From a virus, in the UHGV virus genome UHGV-1372779: a stretch of DNA of 64,000 bases; one strand, 5' to 3'. Each line of letters starts with the position of its first letter. Position 1 is the stretch's first letter. Below, one piece after another: positions 9,075-19,371 of this stretch. The translations under genes and the position numbers were made by a program. A model generated the notes under the pieces. The model ran no database searches, was not told the origin of the DNA, and saw nothing but the letters and a program-made list of their open reading frames with translations.

Positions 9075-10688
9075 TTGAAAATGGCGAAAAAATTAATATC
9101 TCAAGAGGCTTTAGCTAATATTTGTAATGATTCTAGCATAAAAACATTTGAAGATTTAGAATCTAATTATGGATTAACACAAAAATATATTTATAATAGA
9201 TTATATATTAGTTGTAAGGATGTTATTCCGCAATCTGAATTGGATAGACTAAGATGTTGGTATAAAGAATTAGCTAAAAATTCAGGAGTTTCTCCATATG
9301 TATATAATGAGAGTAAAAAGAAGAAAAAGAACATTGAAGAAGAGGGTGAAGTAATTATTAGTGTAGAGGATGAAGAAGATGAATTTGAAGGGAGAGTTGT
9401 TGGAGAGAGCGTTAGAGGATTAGATGGTAAGATTAAAGAATATAGATATAAGATATTAGTTCATGGTAAAGATCCCATTGAGGGAAGTTTAACCTTGAAT
9501 CAAATGCAAACTCTATATTTCCAGTATTCTAATGAGGGTGCTAAATTGAGTGCTAGAAAGGTGTTAGAATCTTTCCCACAATTTAATATTAATGAGTTGA
9601 AGAAAGTTCTTAGAGCATTCAAAATCACCAAAGACTGTAAACCATTTGCTCCTCATTTTGTAGAGTCTCATACAGAAGAAGAGCTAAAAGAACTTTTACT
9701 CCAATATTCTGTGGACAGAGTTGCCAAAAGTGCTGTAAAGGACGAAATTAAATATAAGAACAGTATTATTACTGATCAGGCAAAGGAGATTGAGAAGTTA
9801 AAACAAGAGAGATCTAATATTGAAGAGTGGACTAAGGATATAGATTTTAAAGGATTTGAAATAAAAAGAATGTCTCCTATTCCGAACTCTGGAAAGACTT
9901 TGATACTATATCCCTCAGATTGGCACATTGGGTGTTATTTGAAACCTACTTCTACATTCTATCATCCTTATGACCTTCCTGAAATTAAGAGAAGAATTGA
10001 TAAAATGATTTCTCCATTCTTAAACATGCACTTTGAAGAAATCATTGTGGCCAATTTAGGTGATACTATTGATGGATTTGGGGGCCAAACTTCTAGAGGC
10101 GGACATATTTTACCTCAAATTCAAGAAGGAGATAAGGAGATTTATAAATGGTTTATGGAAGCCATGACTTATCTGTTTGATCTTATTCATACTAATCTTA
10201 AATTTGAGAAGATTAGATATTATGCAGTAGGAGAAAGTAATCATGGAGGAACTGGAGAATGGATTTGTCAAAAGTCTTTTGAGAATTTATTAAATAATAG
10301 GTATCCAAATGTTCAAACCTGTATATCTGATGAGGTATATAGTTTATTTAAAGTATATAATGAGAACTTTATCATTACTCATGGTAAAGATGATTTAAAT
10401 ATGTTTAAGAATCTTCCATTAACTGTGAATAATGATCCTAAAGCTCAGTTAAATATTTTAAATATTATGTTAGATAAATTTGGAATATCTAAGGCTAATT
10501 TTATCAAAGGTGATCTACATCAATCTGCTACCACCTTTGGATTTAAATTTAGATATAGATCTGTAGGATGTATGTTAGGAAGTAGTGAGTGGACTGGAGC
10601 TAATTTTGGAGATAATGATGCTTATTTAGATTATGATATTGTTAATACTAAGGGAGAAATCTTAGAAGGAAGAATTAAATTGAATTAA
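9075..10688 (+). CDS. calcineurin-like metallophosphoesterase with about 270-aa N-terminal extension
   Basis: Motifs in the C-terminal half: SDWHIG (DxH), LGDTIDGFG (GDxxD.G), GESNHGG (GNH-like), ITHGKDD. N-terminal part has a charged coiled-coil-like stretch. Confidence 0.65.
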   Translation: MKMAKKLISQEALANICNDSSIKTFEDLESNYGLTQKYIYNRLYISCKDVIPQSELDRLRCWYKELAKNSGVSPYVYNESKKKKKNIEEEGEVIISVEDEEDEFEGRVVGESVRGLDGKIKEYRYKILVHGKDPIEGSLTLNQMQTLYFQYSNEGAKLSARKVLESFPQFNINELKKVLRAFKITKDCKPFAPHFVESHTEEELKELLLQYSVDRVAKSAVKDEIKYKNSIITDQAKEIEKLKQERSNIEEWTKDIDFKGFEIKRMSPIPNSGKTLILYPSDWHIGCYLKPTSTFYHPYDLPEIKRRIDKMISPFLNMHFEEIIVANLGDTIDGFGGQTSRGGHILPQIQEGDKEIYKWFMEAMTYLFDLIHTNLKFEKIRYYAVGESNHGGTGEWICQKSFENLLNNRYPNVQTCISDEVYSLFKVYNENFIITHGKDDLNMFKNLPLTVNNDPKAQLNILNIMLDKFGISKANFIKGDLHQSATTFGFKFRYRSVGCMLGSSEWTGANFGDNDAYLDYDIVNTKGEILEGRIKLN

Positions 10689-10689
10689 T

Positions 10690-11190
10690 ATGGAGCTATA
10701 TTTTGATGATAGGACTTTTGATACTAATGAGTATACAAAGTTTGAGGAATTTTGGGAGGCCATTCCCAAAACACTTGGTGATAGGGCTGAAAGTTATTAT
10801 TTAGATGATGAATTTATGGATGATGAGTGTTTGTGTATTGATCTTCCTGAAGATAAACAAGAGATGGAGGGATTTTTTGAGCTATGTTTAAAACTCGATG
10901 GATATGAGTATTGGAATCAAATGGTTATTTATCATGGTCTACATTTTCAAGTACAACCAGAGTATAGTAGTTGGTCAGATTTCCTAGATGTTGATTTTGA
11001 CTCAATTCTTGGAAAATATCTTGATTATTTTGAAGGATATTCCAATTTTGAAGATGCAGTAGAGTCATATCTTTATTATCAATTAAACATTTCACACGAA
11101 ATTATTGGCAAAATTCTCCCATATATAGATTGTGAGACTTTTGTAGATGAATATTTTGATGTAAATGGGAATTATTTTTATATTAAATAA
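10690..11190 (+). CDS. hyper-acidic aromatic-rich protein (DNA-mimic-like composition)
   Basis: About 27% D+E, with many Y/F/W. No basic stretches. Confidence 0.5.
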   Translation: MELYFDDRTFDTNEYTKFEEFWEAIPKTLGDRAESYYLDDEFMDDECLCIDLPEDKQEMEGFFELCLKLDGYEYWNQMVIYHGLHFQVQPEYSSWSDFLDVDFDSILGKYLDYFEGYSNFEDAVESYLYYQLNISHEIIGKILPYIDCETFVDEYFDVNGNYFYIK

Positions 11191-11192
11191 AT

Positions 11193-11963
11193 ATGGAGAT
11201 TACATTAAATAAATTACTAGAAGGTAAGGCTACTAAAATCAAAAACAAAGATTACTTAGCTACTAGAGATTATGTAGAACCATTTATAGATAAAATGTCT
11301 AAATTTACAGATAACTTCATCTGCCAAGTAAAGCTCCCTGATCAAATAACTCTTACAGAAGATACTAAGGATATAACTTATAATAGAGTTTATATACAAG
11401 CAATATTACCTGAATCTTATTGGTCTTTTGAGAATCATAAAGAAGTAATAGGTTTAGTTTATGGGTTGGATGTAAGAAAGCCTGTATATAAAATCTATAG
11501 AGGTGGATTAAATATGGCTTGCACTAATTTATGTGTATTTAATCCTTCTTTTTTAAATGTTCAGGAAATTAAGCCCGCTGAATATTTAGACTATTCTCCT
11601 ATTAAAAATATCATGGAATTGACTTCTGATCTTGAGGCTACTCTAAAGAAATTAAAGAATACCTATATAGATAGGAGTCAAGCATCTATTGAACAACAAT
11701 TAGGTCATTGGTGTGATTTTGTTCTCAGAAATGAATATAATTCAGGATTAAGTAAGGCTAAGTTATCTGTTGCCACTGCTGTTGATGCTTATAAGGACTT
11801 ATTTATTAAAGAAGATTCTGATTATTATATTCCAGAAGATGAAGAGGCTAGTTTATTCCTAATATACAATGCATTTACAGATATTATATCTCATGATAGT
11901 AAAGATATTATTAACACAGCAGAGAAAACTTTATTGTTAAATCAAATGTTAATTAATTGTTAA
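11193..11963 (+). CDS. hypothetical protein
   Basis: ORF track. 3-nt gap to upstream gene. Confidence 0.5.
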   Translation: MEITLNKLLEGKATKIKNKDYLATRDYVEPFIDKMSKFTDNFICQVKLPDQITLTEDTKDITYNRVYIQAILPESYWSFENHKEVIGLVYGLDVRKPVYKIYRGGLNMACTNLCVFNPSFLNVQEIKPAEYLDYSPIKNIMELTSDLEATLKKLKNTYIDRSQASIEQQLGHWCDFVLRNEYNSGLSKAKLSVATAVDAYKDLFIKEDSDYYIPEDEEASLFLIYNAFTDIISHDSKDIINTAEKTLLLNQMLINC

Positions 11964-14384
11964 ATGAAGGAAGCATTAAACGACTTTATCTTTCAAAGTA
12001 AATATGCTAAATATAATTCTATCTTAGGAAGAAAAGAAACCTTTGAGGAATCAGTAGATAGAATTATGAATATGCATATTACATATTTAACTCAAAAGTA
12101 TCCAGAGGCATTTAAAAATGCTGAGTTTTCTAATGACTTTATGGAAGCTTTTGAATCTTACAAATCTAAAAAAGTATTTGGATCTCAAAGAGCATTGCAA
12201 TTCGGAGGTAGTCCTATACTAAATAAGCACTGTAGACAGTATAATTGTGCTTTTACATATGCAGATAGATTAGAAGTATTTAAGGAGATAGAGTGGGTTT
12301 TATTGTGTGGATGTGGAGCTGGAGTAAGTGTTGAGAAACAACATGTAATTAAGCTTCCTAAGATGTTAGATAAACTATCTGAAGAAACTAAAACTTTTCA
12401 AGTAGAAGATTCTATAGAAGGATGGGCATTAGCTATTCAACAGATAATCAATTATTATTTTATAGAAGGAACTCCATATCCTAAGTTTGATTATTCTTTA
12501 ATTAGGCCTAGTGGCAGTTTAATATCAGGAGGGTTTGTAGCTCCTGGACCTGATGGATTAAGAAACGCTATTATAAATATTCAAAATCTATTAGATAGAG
12601 TTTACAAAGGGTCTAAAAAATTAACTCCACTAAACGTTACAGATATTATTGCATATTGTGCTGATTCTGTATTATCTGGGGGTGTTAGAAGATCAGCTGT
12701 GATTATATTATTTGATCCAGATGATGAGGATATGTTTAATTCTAAGACAGGAGATTGGTTCTATTCTAATCCACAAAGAGGCAGATATAATGCTTCTGCT
12801 GTATTAGAGAGAGATTCCACATCTTGGGAAACATTTATTAAAATATTTAAAGCTACTAAACAGTTTGGTGAACCAGGATTTTATTGGAGAAGTGATAAAG
12901 GGTTAGGCTGTAATCCTTGTGGGGAAATTGGATTTAAGCCAACTATTAATGGTAAGAGCGGGTGGCAATTTTGTAATTTAGTTACCATCTCTGGTAAAGA
13001 AATGGATAATGAAGAGGATTTTTACAAAGCATGTAAAGATGCTGCAACAATTGCTACTATTCAAGCTGCATATCAAAGCTTCCCATTCTTAGGATCTGTT
13101 ACTGAGGAATTAGTTAAAAATGATCCATTAATTGGAGTTTCAATTAGTGGTATTATGTGCAATCTTGAAGTTTTATTACATGAAGAAACTCTTCAAGAGG
13201 GGGCAAGAATTGTTAAAGAGCAGAATTCTAAAATAGCTAAGATATTAGGAATAAATGAGTCTAGTAGATGTACTACTGTTAAACCTGATGGTAATTTTTC
13301 TTCTATGACCGGCAATACTCCAGGTTGTCATGGAGCTCATGCAAGAAGATATATTAGAAGAGTACAAGTTAATAAAGAAGAGGAAGCTGGTAAGGTTTAT
13401 AAGAAGTTTAATCCTAAGTCAGTAGTAGAATCAGTGTGGTCTAATAATCACACAGATGATTGCATTATGTTCGCCATTGAGGAAGATGATGATGTAGTAT
13501 TAAAGTCAGAACTTTTAGGCACAAAACAATTAGATGTAGTTCATATATTATATAATAATTGGATTACAGCAGGAAATAGGATAAAAAACAATCCTATTCA
13601 AAATAATGTATCTAACACTGTTATAGTTCCAGATTATGAATGGGATACTGTTGCTAAATATATATATAATCACAGACATACACTAGCTGGAGTTTCATTC
13701 ATTCCTCAATCAGGTGACCTAGACTTTAATCAACCTCCATATACAGAAGTATTATTACCTTCTGAATTAATCAGTAAATATGGAGAAGGAATCATCTTTG
13801 CTTCTGGATTAATAGTTGATGCAGAAAAAGTATTTGGAAATCTGTGGAAAGCTTGTGATACATTTAATGGAAGGGGTGAAAAGCTATATGCTACTTCTGC
13901 TGATGCTAAAGAATATATTAAGGAAATTAATGTATCAGAGGATTCTGAACTGGATTCTCAACCACACTCTAAATGGGTAGAAGCAACTTATCAGCAATAT
14001 AGAAATTGGACTAAACTATTATCTGAATTAAATTATTCAGAAGAATTTATTGAAGAGCTTTTAGATAATAGTGTAGAGATTCCAGTTGCAGAGGTCAAGA
14101 AATATCTTGACAAAACTGCATTTAATCATGTATCTAATCTTAATGCCAAAAGAGAGATCATGAGAAGAATGAAGAAATATGCTGATAAGTATTTTATATC
14201 AGATTATAAGTTAATGATTAATGCTCTTAAATCTGTTCAGCTTTATCATGATTGGTGTGATATAACTAAGAATTATACCCCTATTGATTGGACTAAAGTT
14301 AAATGGAAAAATGTACTACTTAATGCTGATGAAATGGCAGGTGCATCTTGTAGTGGTGGACAATGTGATATAACTAAATTATAA
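11964..14384 (+). CDS. ribonucleotide reductase catalytic subunit, class II (B12-dependent, NrdJ-like) most likely
   Basis: Active-site block LGCNPCGEIGF (N-x-C-x-E as in class I/II RNRs; NPCGE as remembered for class II). C-terminal redox tail CSGGQC...KL. No glycine-radical RxCGY motif. No ATP-cone seen. No NrdB partner in window. Confidence 0.6.
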   Translation: MKEALNDFIFQSKYAKYNSILGRKETFEESVDRIMNMHITYLTQKYPEAFKNAEFSNDFMEAFESYKSKKVFGSQRALQFGGSPILNKHCRQYNCAFTYADRLEVFKEIEWVLLCGCGAGVSVEKQHVIKLPKMLDKLSEETKTFQVEDSIEGWALAIQQIINYYFIEGTPYPKFDYSLIRPSGSLISGGFVAPGPDGLRNAIINIQNLLDRVYKGSKKLTPLNVTDIIAYCADSVLSGGVRRSAVIILFDPDDEDMFNSKTGDWFYSNPQRGRYNASAVLERDSTSWETFIKIFKATKQFGEPGFYWRSDKGLGCNPCGEIGFKPTINGKSGWQFCNLVTISGKEMDNEEDFYKACKDAATIATIQAAYQSFPFLGSVTEELVKNDPLIGVSISGIMCNLEVLLHEETLQEGARIVKEQNSKIAKILGINESSRCTTVKPDGNFSSMTGNTPGCHGAHARRYIRRVQVNKEEEAGKVYKKFNPKSVVESVWSNNHTDDCIMFAIEEDDDVVLKSELLGTKQLDVVHILYNNWITAGNRIKNNPIQNNVSNTVIVPDYEWDTVAKYIYNHRHTLAGVSFIPQSGDLDFNQPPYTEVLLPSELISKYGEGIIFASGLIVDAEKVFGNLWKACDTFNGRGEKLYATSADAKEYIKEINVSEDSELDSQPHSKWVEATYQQYRNWTKLLSELNYSEEFIEELLDNSVEIPVAEVKKYLDKTAFNHVSNLNAKREIMRRMKKYADKYFISDYKLMINALKSVQLYHDWCDITKNYTPIDWTKVKWKNVLLNADEMAGASCSGGQCDITKL

Positions 14385-14385
14385 T

Positions 14386-14589
14386 ATGAAGTATAAGGTT
14401 AAATTTGGAACAATAGAAAAATGGTACTCAATTAATGAGGTTACTATTGAAGCTGATTCTGAAGAAGAGGCGGAAAAAATTCTTCTTGAAAATTACTCAG
14501 AAGTTTTAGAAAATTTCACTATGGTAGATAATGATTTTTTAGAAATGTTAGATTCAGATCCAGATATATTATCAATTGAAGAAAAGTAA
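14386..14589 (+). CDS. hypothetical small acidic protein
   Basis: ORF track. TAATG overlap with next gene. Confidence 0.45.
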   Translation: MKYKVKFGTIEKWYSINEVTIEADSEEEAEKILLENYSEVLENFTMVDNDFLEMLDSDPDILSIEEK

Positions 14590-15026
14590 TGGATTATATA
14601 GTACCTTATATCTGTGATTCTGCAGATAAATATTTAATTCAAGACATTACCTTCAATACTAAGGTTGAAGATATTTTAGATAATCTAAAATCTAATCATT
14701 CTATGATTATATTTAATGACCTAATTAATGATTCTCATAGGATAAATAGGATTGTAAAAGAACTAAGAACAAGATCTAAACAACATTTTATTGCTGTTTA
14801 TTGGTCTGATTATTTAGACTCTATTCCAGAACATTTAGATTTAGGACTATTTAAATTTATTAAAATTGGGTCTTATAAAGAAGAGTTTGGAGATCTCTCT
14901 AATCCTAACACCAATCAAGCTGTATATGAAATATCTCATATAATTGATAATACACTAGATCACGCTAATCATTATGATCTAATAATACATGATATAACTA
15001 GAAAATATTATAAGCATGTTAATTAA
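14589..15026 (+). CDS. hypothetical protein
   Basis: ORF track. Confidence 0.45.
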   Translation: MDYIVPYICDSADKYLIQDITFNTKVEDILDNLKSNHSMIIFNDLINDSHRINRIVKELRTRSKQHFIAVYWSDYLDSIPEHLDLGLFKFIKIGSYKEEFGDLSNPNTNQAVYEISHIIDNTLDHANHYDLIIHDITRKYYKHVN

Positions 15027-15213
15027 AATTGTATTAGCAATAGCTATTGGAATTTATATATACCTTCACTATAGTATCTACAAAAATGTAGATACTTTAG
15101 TTGAAAAGATTAGAGAAGAATCTGATGAAGGATTAAAGATATTTATAGAAAATCAAGTTAGATTTAATGGTTTCTCATATTTAATGTTTCTAATTTTAAT
15201 GTTATTTATATGA
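15016..15213 (+). CDS. small predicted membrane protein (2 hydrophobic helices)
   Basis: Hydrophobic segments IKIVLAIAIGIYIYL and FSYLMFLILMLFI. Confidence 0.45.
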   Translation: MLIKIVLAIAIGIYIYLHYSIYKNVDTLVEKIREESDEGLKIFIENQVRFNGFSYLMFLILMLFI

Positions 15214-15491
15214 AAATAAACTTTATTTACAATAGTCTTACAAAAGATATAGATCTAAAAGAGCTATTTAAGGATATATCAGAAGATGTTCATGTATATG
15301 ATATGTCTTACCCAAAAGAGGCTAAGAAGGGATGGGTGATATTAAATAGATATGCAGCAAAAGATATGCCTTTTATGGAAATCACTGATGGAAGTGAAGA
15401 AGATAATATGCTATATGTATCTTATGGAGAGGTAAATAAAGTTATTACTAATAAAGATATTAAGGAATTAATTAAAAATTATTCAAAATGA
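15210..15491 (+). CDS. hypothetical protein
   Basis: ORF track. ATGA overlap. Confidence 0.45.
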   Translation: MKINFIYNSLTKDIDLKELFKDISEDVHVYDMSYPKEAKKGWVILNRYAAKDMPFMEITDGSEEDNMLYVSYGEVNKVITNKDIKELIKNYSK

Positions 15492-15853
15492 ATGTATATA
15501 TAGTGGAGTCTTTCTTTTCTCAGTATGAGGATAAATATCAAAGAATAGAAGGAGTATTTAAAAACAAAGAAGATGCTGATAATTTAGTCAAAGAAATTGA
15601 GAAACAGTATCAAGCTACAGATGAAGAAGAAGCATTATATTACAAACTTATAGATATTTATGATGACTGCGAATGTGAACTTGGCCCGTTTGATTGGTTT
15701 GCTTCCCAATCTGAATTTGATAAAAGAGAGGCAGAAGTTGAAAAACTATTTAAAGAAAAATCTGGATATACTGCAGAATTTTTAAATGAATTAGCTAATA
15801 AATTTTATGCAGAATTTCAATTCTGTAGGGTAACAGAAGAAGAATTACTATGA
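15488..15853 (+). CDS. hypothetical protein
   Basis: ORF track. ATGA overlap. Confidence 0.45.
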   Translation: MNVYIVESFFSQYEDKYQRIEGVFKNKEDADNLVKEIEKQYQATDEEEALYYKLIDIYDDCECELGPFDWFASQSEFDKREAEVEKLFKEKSGYTAEFLNELANKFYAEFQFCRVTEEELL

Positions 15854-16110
15854 CATCTGAAGATTTAATAATCAATGATATTATTCTAGTCGAAGGAAGA
15901 GAGGAAGACATTCAGATAGAAATAGTGAATATTACTCCAAATTCTATAGGATATAAATACTCAGGAATGAAAAACCTTCTCTGGAAAACAAAAGATGACT
16001 TTGATGAAATATTTAAAATTAAATCTAAGATAAAAGAGGGTGATGGTAAATATAGTGGTAAGGGCAAAGGTTCTAAATCACTAAATGGTATAAAATCTAA
16101 AAGAAAGTAA
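15850..16110 (+). CDS. hypothetical protein with basic Gly/Lys-rich tail
   Basis: ORF track. C-terminal GKGKGSKSLNGIKSKRK. Confidence 0.45.
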   Translation: MTSEDLIINDIILVEGREEDIQIEIVNITPNSIGYKYSGMKNLLWKTKDDFDEIFKIKSKIKEGDGKYSGKGKGSKSLNGIKSKRK

Positions 16111-16111
16111 T

Positions 16112-16630
16112 ATGGCGAAAGTAAAAGTTCAAGTAATAAGAATGAATAAGGATAAACAATTACCTAAATATGAAACTGTAGGTGCTGCTGGATTAGATGT
16201 AAGAGCAGATTTTGCTAGACTTACTCCAGAAAATCCTATTCAAGCTTTTGGAGATTGTCAGTTTATATTCAAAGGAGATAATCATCCTATTTCTTATTTA
16301 ATATTAGACCCAGGATCTAGAGCTTTAATTCCTACAGGATTAAGAGTAGCTATTCCAGAAGGATATGAGATTAGAGTTCAACCTAGATCTGGACTAGCAC
16401 TAAAGAAGGGTATCAGTTTAGTTAATACTCCTGGCTGTATTGATTGTGATTATCGTAATGAAATTGGTATTATTGTAATTAATCATGGCACAGATCCAGT
16501 AGTTATTGAAGATAATGAAAGAATTGCCCAATTTATTTTATCTAAAGTAGATCAGATAATGTGGGAAGAGACAGACTCCTTAGATGAAACTGAAAGAAAA
16601 GGTGGATTTGGACATACTGGTATAAAGTAA
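16112..16630 (+). CDS. dut: dUTP diphosphatase (trimeric dUTPase)
   Basis: All five dUTPase motifs: AAGLDVRA (I), QPRSGLALKKGI (II), GCIDCDYRNEIGIIVINHG (III), RIAQFIL (IV), RKGGFGHTG (V). Unusually long insert between motifs I and II. Confidence 0.85.
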   Translation: MAKVKVQVIRMNKDKQLPKYETVGAAGLDVRADFARLTPENPIQAFGDCQFIFKGDNHPISYLILDPGSRALIPTGLRVAIPEGYEIRVQPRSGLALKKGISLVNTPGCIDCDYRNEIGIIVINHGTDPVVIEDNERIAQFILSKVDQIMWEETDSLDETERKGGFGHTGIK

Positions 16631-18157
16631 ATGATTGACTTTAAAGCTTTTGAATCTACACTTTCTGATGAGGATGAATCATACTTAGATGAATATGATG
16701 AAGACATTGATATTCCAGAGCCAGATGAAATAGAAGAAGAGGTTAAAGGATTTCATACTTTAGACTTTGAATTGAGTTATGAACAAATGCAAGCTGTAAC
16801 TAAGATTATTAAATTCATCACTGATAATCGTGGAGAAGAAAAGGAAATGTTACTAATAGGAGGGGCAGGAACAGGGAAATCAGCCTGTCTTTCACAAGTT
16901 ATAGCCTATCTAGAAAATCATTCTTGGGATTATCTAGCTTGTGCTCCTACTCATAAAGCAAGGCTAAGTTTAGAAAAATTAACTAAAACAGAAACTTTAA
17001 CTTTACATCAGTTATTACAACTTAGACCTAATATAGAAATACCGCTGTTAAATCTAAGAGAATTAGAATTTGAATGTGGATTAACTAATGGGAAAAGCAA
17101 AATGCATATTCCTAGATTAATTATCATTGATGAATGTAGTATGATCACAAGTGATTTGTATCAGTTTATCAAGGAAGAGTTAATAGAGGAAAGAGGTGTA
17201 AAGCTTCTTTATGTAGGAGATTCAGCTCAGCTCAAAGGAGTTAATGACATTGCTATATCTAAAGTATTTGAAATTGATAATAAAGTTGAGTTGACTAAAA
17301 TATATAGACAACAGGATGAAGCTCCTCTTCTATATGTATTAAAAGACCTAAGAAAAGTTCCTTATTATTCATTCAAAAGCTTTGAATCTGATTATGGGTC
17401 ATTGTATAATTGTGATGATGCTAAAGATTTTATAATCAAAGCTGCAAAAGAATATCAACAAGCTATAGCAGAACAAGATCCTTATAAGATTAAAATACTA
17501 ACATATACTAATAAGAGAATAGAGACATATAATCAAATTCTTCATAATGTAATCTTTAAGAAACCTACTACTGATTATTGTGTTGGGGAGTTTGTAATGG
17601 GATATGATAATTATTCTGAAAATAGAAATAAGAAAATATATAATTCACTAGATTATATAGTTATGGATGTAAAAAGATATACTAAAGAAGCTAGTGAAAT
17701 ATTTCCATTTCCATTAGATGGGTATGTTCTAACTCTTAGAGATATGATTTATAGTGACCCAAATAATCCTAGAACATTTATAGAACTATTTATAATATCA
17801 AAAGACATTAACCCCTCTATTCTACAATCCTTCATTAATCTATTTGAAGGAACTAGAATGAGAGCAGTTAAAGCTCCAAAGAAATCTCAGTTATATGGAA
17901 AATTATGGAAGAGATATTACGAATTACAAGAATATTTTGCATCTCCATTCGATTTATTCTATGAGGATAGATTAGTTAAATCTGCAACTATTAAGTTGGG
18001 ATATGCTATTAGTACCCATAAAAGTCAGGGAAGTTCTATAAATAATGTTTATATAGATTTTGGTGATTTAAGAAGATGTTATAATATGGAAGAATTTAGG
18101 CAATTAGAGTATGTAGCTCTTTCTAGAGCTAGGAATAATATTTATCTTTTAAATTAA
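16631..18157 (+). CDS. SF1 DNA helicase, Dda/RecD/Pif1-like
   Basis: Motif I GGAGTGKS, motif II IIIDECSM, motif III VGDSAQL, C-terminal ISTHKSQGSS (motif V) and YVALSRAR (motif VI). Acidic N-terminus. Confidence 0.8.
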   Translation: MIDFKAFESTLSDEDESYLDEYDEDIDIPEPDEIEEEVKGFHTLDFELSYEQMQAVTKIIKFITDNRGEEKEMLLIGGAGTGKSACLSQVIAYLENHSWDYLACAPTHKARLSLEKLTKTETLTLHQLLQLRPNIEIPLLNLRELEFECGLTNGKSKMHIPRLIIIDECSMITSDLYQFIKEELIEERGVKLLYVGDSAQLKGVNDIAISKVFEIDNKVELTKIYRQQDEAPLLYVLKDLRKVPYYSFKSFESDYGSLYNCDDAKDFIIKAAKEYQQAIAEQDPYKIKILTYTNKRIETYNQILHNVIFKKPTTDYCVGEFVMGYDNYSENRNKKIYNSLDYIVMDVKRYTKEASEIFPFPLDGYVLTLRDMIYSDPNNPRTFIELFIISKDINPSILQSFINLFEGTRMRAVKAPKKSQLYGKLWKRYYELQEYFASPFDLFYEDRLVKSATIKLGYAISTHKSQGSSINNVYIDFGDLRRCYNMEEFRQLEYVALSRARNNIYLLN

Positions 18158-19371
18158 TGTCTACACAATCTGAATTTAATACTGAATTAATTAGTAGAGA
18201 TTCTAATGGAAAGGTTAGAGTAGTTTATGCTACTGGTTTATGGGATCAGGTAAGTAAGAAATTTACTATTAATAAACGTACTGGTTTATTAGGAGGTAAA
18301 TTAACTGATCAACCAGAGAAGATAATAACTGAAGGGAAAGCAAAAAGAACTCCTTTTGAACAGGGAATTCAAGAATATAAATCTCAGTTAAAAAAGTATT
18401 TAGATAAAGGATATAAAGATGTTAAGGAATTATTTCATAAAAAATTAAAAGATTTAACTATTGATGAAATTAATGAAATTCTTCCTAATATAAAAACTGA
18501 TGCTAATGGTGTTCCTAAGCCTATGTTAGCTAAACCATTTAAGGATGTGGCTACCAAGGCTTTTGATAAGGAATATTATGGGTCTAAGAAGATAGATGGA
18601 GTAAGATGTTTACTTTATAGGGAAGAAAATGAAGAAGGTTGGAGAGTAAGATCTGCTTCTAGAGGTGGACAAGATTATGATGCTTCTGTACAGCATATAT
18701 TAACTGATCCAGTTATATTAGAGATATTTGAAAAATATCCCAATATAATATTAGATGGGGAAATATATGTTCATGGTTGGTCATTACAGAGAATTTCTGG
18801 TACTGTGAGGTTAGAGAAAACAGATGAAGAAAGTCTAAAAAGAACAAGAAATTTACAATATTGGATATATGATATTGCTGATGATAAGAAAGTCTTTATG
18901 GACAGATTAGAAATTCTCTGGGAATTAGAGCCTATTATTGAGAAATCTGATAATTTAAAATTTGTAGAACATATTCCAGTTTCTGGTTGGCTTAATGTTA
19001 AAAAGAGACATGATGAATATGTAAATGAAGGGTTTGAGGGAATTGTTATCAGAAGACTTGACGCACCTTATGGGTATGGAAAAAGAACTGCTGCGATGAT
19101 TAAGGTAAAAGAATACCAAGATGCAGAATTCGTAATAGTAGGATGGGAGCCAGGACTAAGACCTGTTGAGGATATGTGTTTTGTGATGGAGACTAGACAT
19201 GGTGTAAGGTTCAGAGCTAAACCTATGGGGGACAGAGTTACTAAGGAAGAATATGTTAAAAATATGGAAAATATGATAGGTAAAATGGGAACTGTTTCTT
19301 TCTTTTATTTAAGTGATGAAGGAGTTCCATTACAACCTGTATTTAAACATTTAAGACCTGAAGATGAGTAA
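18157..19371 (+). CDS. ATP-dependent DNA ligase
   Basis: Motif I KKIDGVRC (KxDG), motif III ILDGEIYV, motif IV FEGIVIRR, motif V MIKVKE. Start overlaps helicase stop (TAATG). Confidence 0.8.
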   Translation: MSTQSEFNTELISRDSNGKVRVVYATGLWDQVSKKFTINKRTGLLGGKLTDQPEKIITEGKAKRTPFEQGIQEYKSQLKKYLDKGYKDVKELFHKKLKDLTIDEINEILPNIKTDANGVPKPMLAKPFKDVATKAFDKEYYGSKKIDGVRCLLYREENEEGWRVRSASRGGQDYDASVQHILTDPVILEIFEKYPNIILDGEIYVHGWSLQRISGTVRLEKTDEESLKRTRNLQYWIYDIADDKKVFMDRLEILWELEPIIEKSDNLKFVEHIPVSGWLNVKKRHDEYVNEGFEGIVIRRLDAPYGYGKRTAAMIKVKEYQDAEFVIVGWEPGLRPVEDMCFVMETRHGVRFRAKPMGDRVTKEEYVKNMENMIGKMGTVSFFYLSDEGVPLQPVFKHLRPEDE

